This document shows positions 63,201-64,000 of a stretch of DNA of 64,000 nucleotides, one piece after another. The position numbers were made by a program, and so were the translations under genes. Position 1 is the first letter of the stretch. Each line of letters begins with the position of its first letter. The DNA is from Trichosphaerium sp. ATCC 40318 (taxonomy: Eukaryota; Protista; Tubulinea): assembly GCA_038496445.1 (NCBI GenBank), contig JALMLS010000385.1, forward strand, positions 186,001-250,000, read 5' to 3'. Below the pieces are notes generated by a model. It saw nothing but the letters and a program-made list of their open reading frames with translations. It was not told where the DNA came from and searched no databases.

Positions 63201-64000
63201 TACACAATCGGATCTTTACTTGCTAAAAATAAGGATGAGATGTTCCAGGACCTTTTAATTTGTATAGCACATACAACTAATAATGTCATAAAGTACAGCA
63301 GCACTTGTTTTTCTTCTTTTTTGTTTTCCTGTATGGCTTTCATGTTTTTGTTTTGTTTCTTTTTCTTCTTATCGATCTTTAGGGAGATTCTAGATGGGTC
63401 TAAGGCTCCATTAAAGACTAGAAATCCTAAGCCTGGTGCTACTACAGGAGGTTCTGTATCTTTATCTCAAACAGTTCGTATGACACGTTCTAATCGTCCT
63501 TCGGTGAGTACTTATTTTGTTGTTCTCTTTTTGTTGATTTTTTGAGTTTCTAGTTTGCGAGTACATCAAGTTCTCTCAAGTTTACGAAAAAGGACTCAAG
63601 GAAGGTAACAATTGGAGCTCAATTTAGGTCACAACTAAAAGAGTTGATGGCTATAATCCACTCAACAACTTCTCGTTACATAAGGTAAATTATATTTTTC
63701 TTTTTGTTATAGTCAAAGGTTGTTTGAGTTATGGCATTGCTGATAATTTTTATAGATGTATAAAGCCTAACAAGAATAAGCAACCTTGTGACGTAGAGTT
63801 TGAGCCTTCTTCTGTTTTAAAACAACTACGTTGTGCTGGTTTAATTGATGCTGTAAAAATACGTCAATTAGGCTATCCTCATCGTATAAAACACAAATTA
63901 TTTTTAGCAAGTACGTAACACGTGACTTATTACTTTCGTTCCAATTTTGAGTTAACTGAAAAGGTGTAAAATTTCATTTTTTTTTCTGACCTTTCCTTTT
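60293..64000 (+). CDS. Myosin heavy chain motor domain, continues beyond the window
   Basis: [114 protein letters not shown]. Confidence 0.95.

Noticed and set aside
1-64000. CRISPR arrays, rRNA, snRNA, prokaryotic operons or terminators
   Set aside because: None recognised. The DNA is eukaryotic, and the only long tandem repeats are protein-coding.

Overview
AT-rich, gene-dense eukaryotic DNA with many short spliceosomal introns (mostly about 40-120 nt), so the ORF track fragments most genes. All gene models below were spliced by hand. The gene content and intron style suggest a protist, possibly a marine amoebozoan, but that is inference. Housekeeping or ordinary genes: condensin SMC4 (with an intronic tRNA-Arg), a classical protein tyrosine phosphatase, a GH3 glycosidase, a GH9 cellulase, a BTB/Skp1-like protein, a C2-LURP1 protein, a large Thr/Pro mucin-like protein, an MscS channel and a myosin cut by the window end. 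Most notable: (1) a ~10.3 kb inverted duplication whose arms each carry a secreted S1 sulfatase plus a GH82 iota-carrageenase-like gene. The arms enclose a Crinkler-like SAP/REase-like/kinase gene, show patchy gene conversion, and abut an intron-containing tyrosine recombinase. (2) A two-exon gene fusing an RNase H1-type hybrid-binding domain to a Zucchini/Nuc-type PLD nuclease. (3) Strong enrichment of CACGTG, mostly in introns and retained in otherwise diverged paralogous introns. (4) Three MORN-variant repeat genes, two with an F-box-like head. Family assignments come from motifs recognised by eye and recalled consensus sequences; no searches were run.
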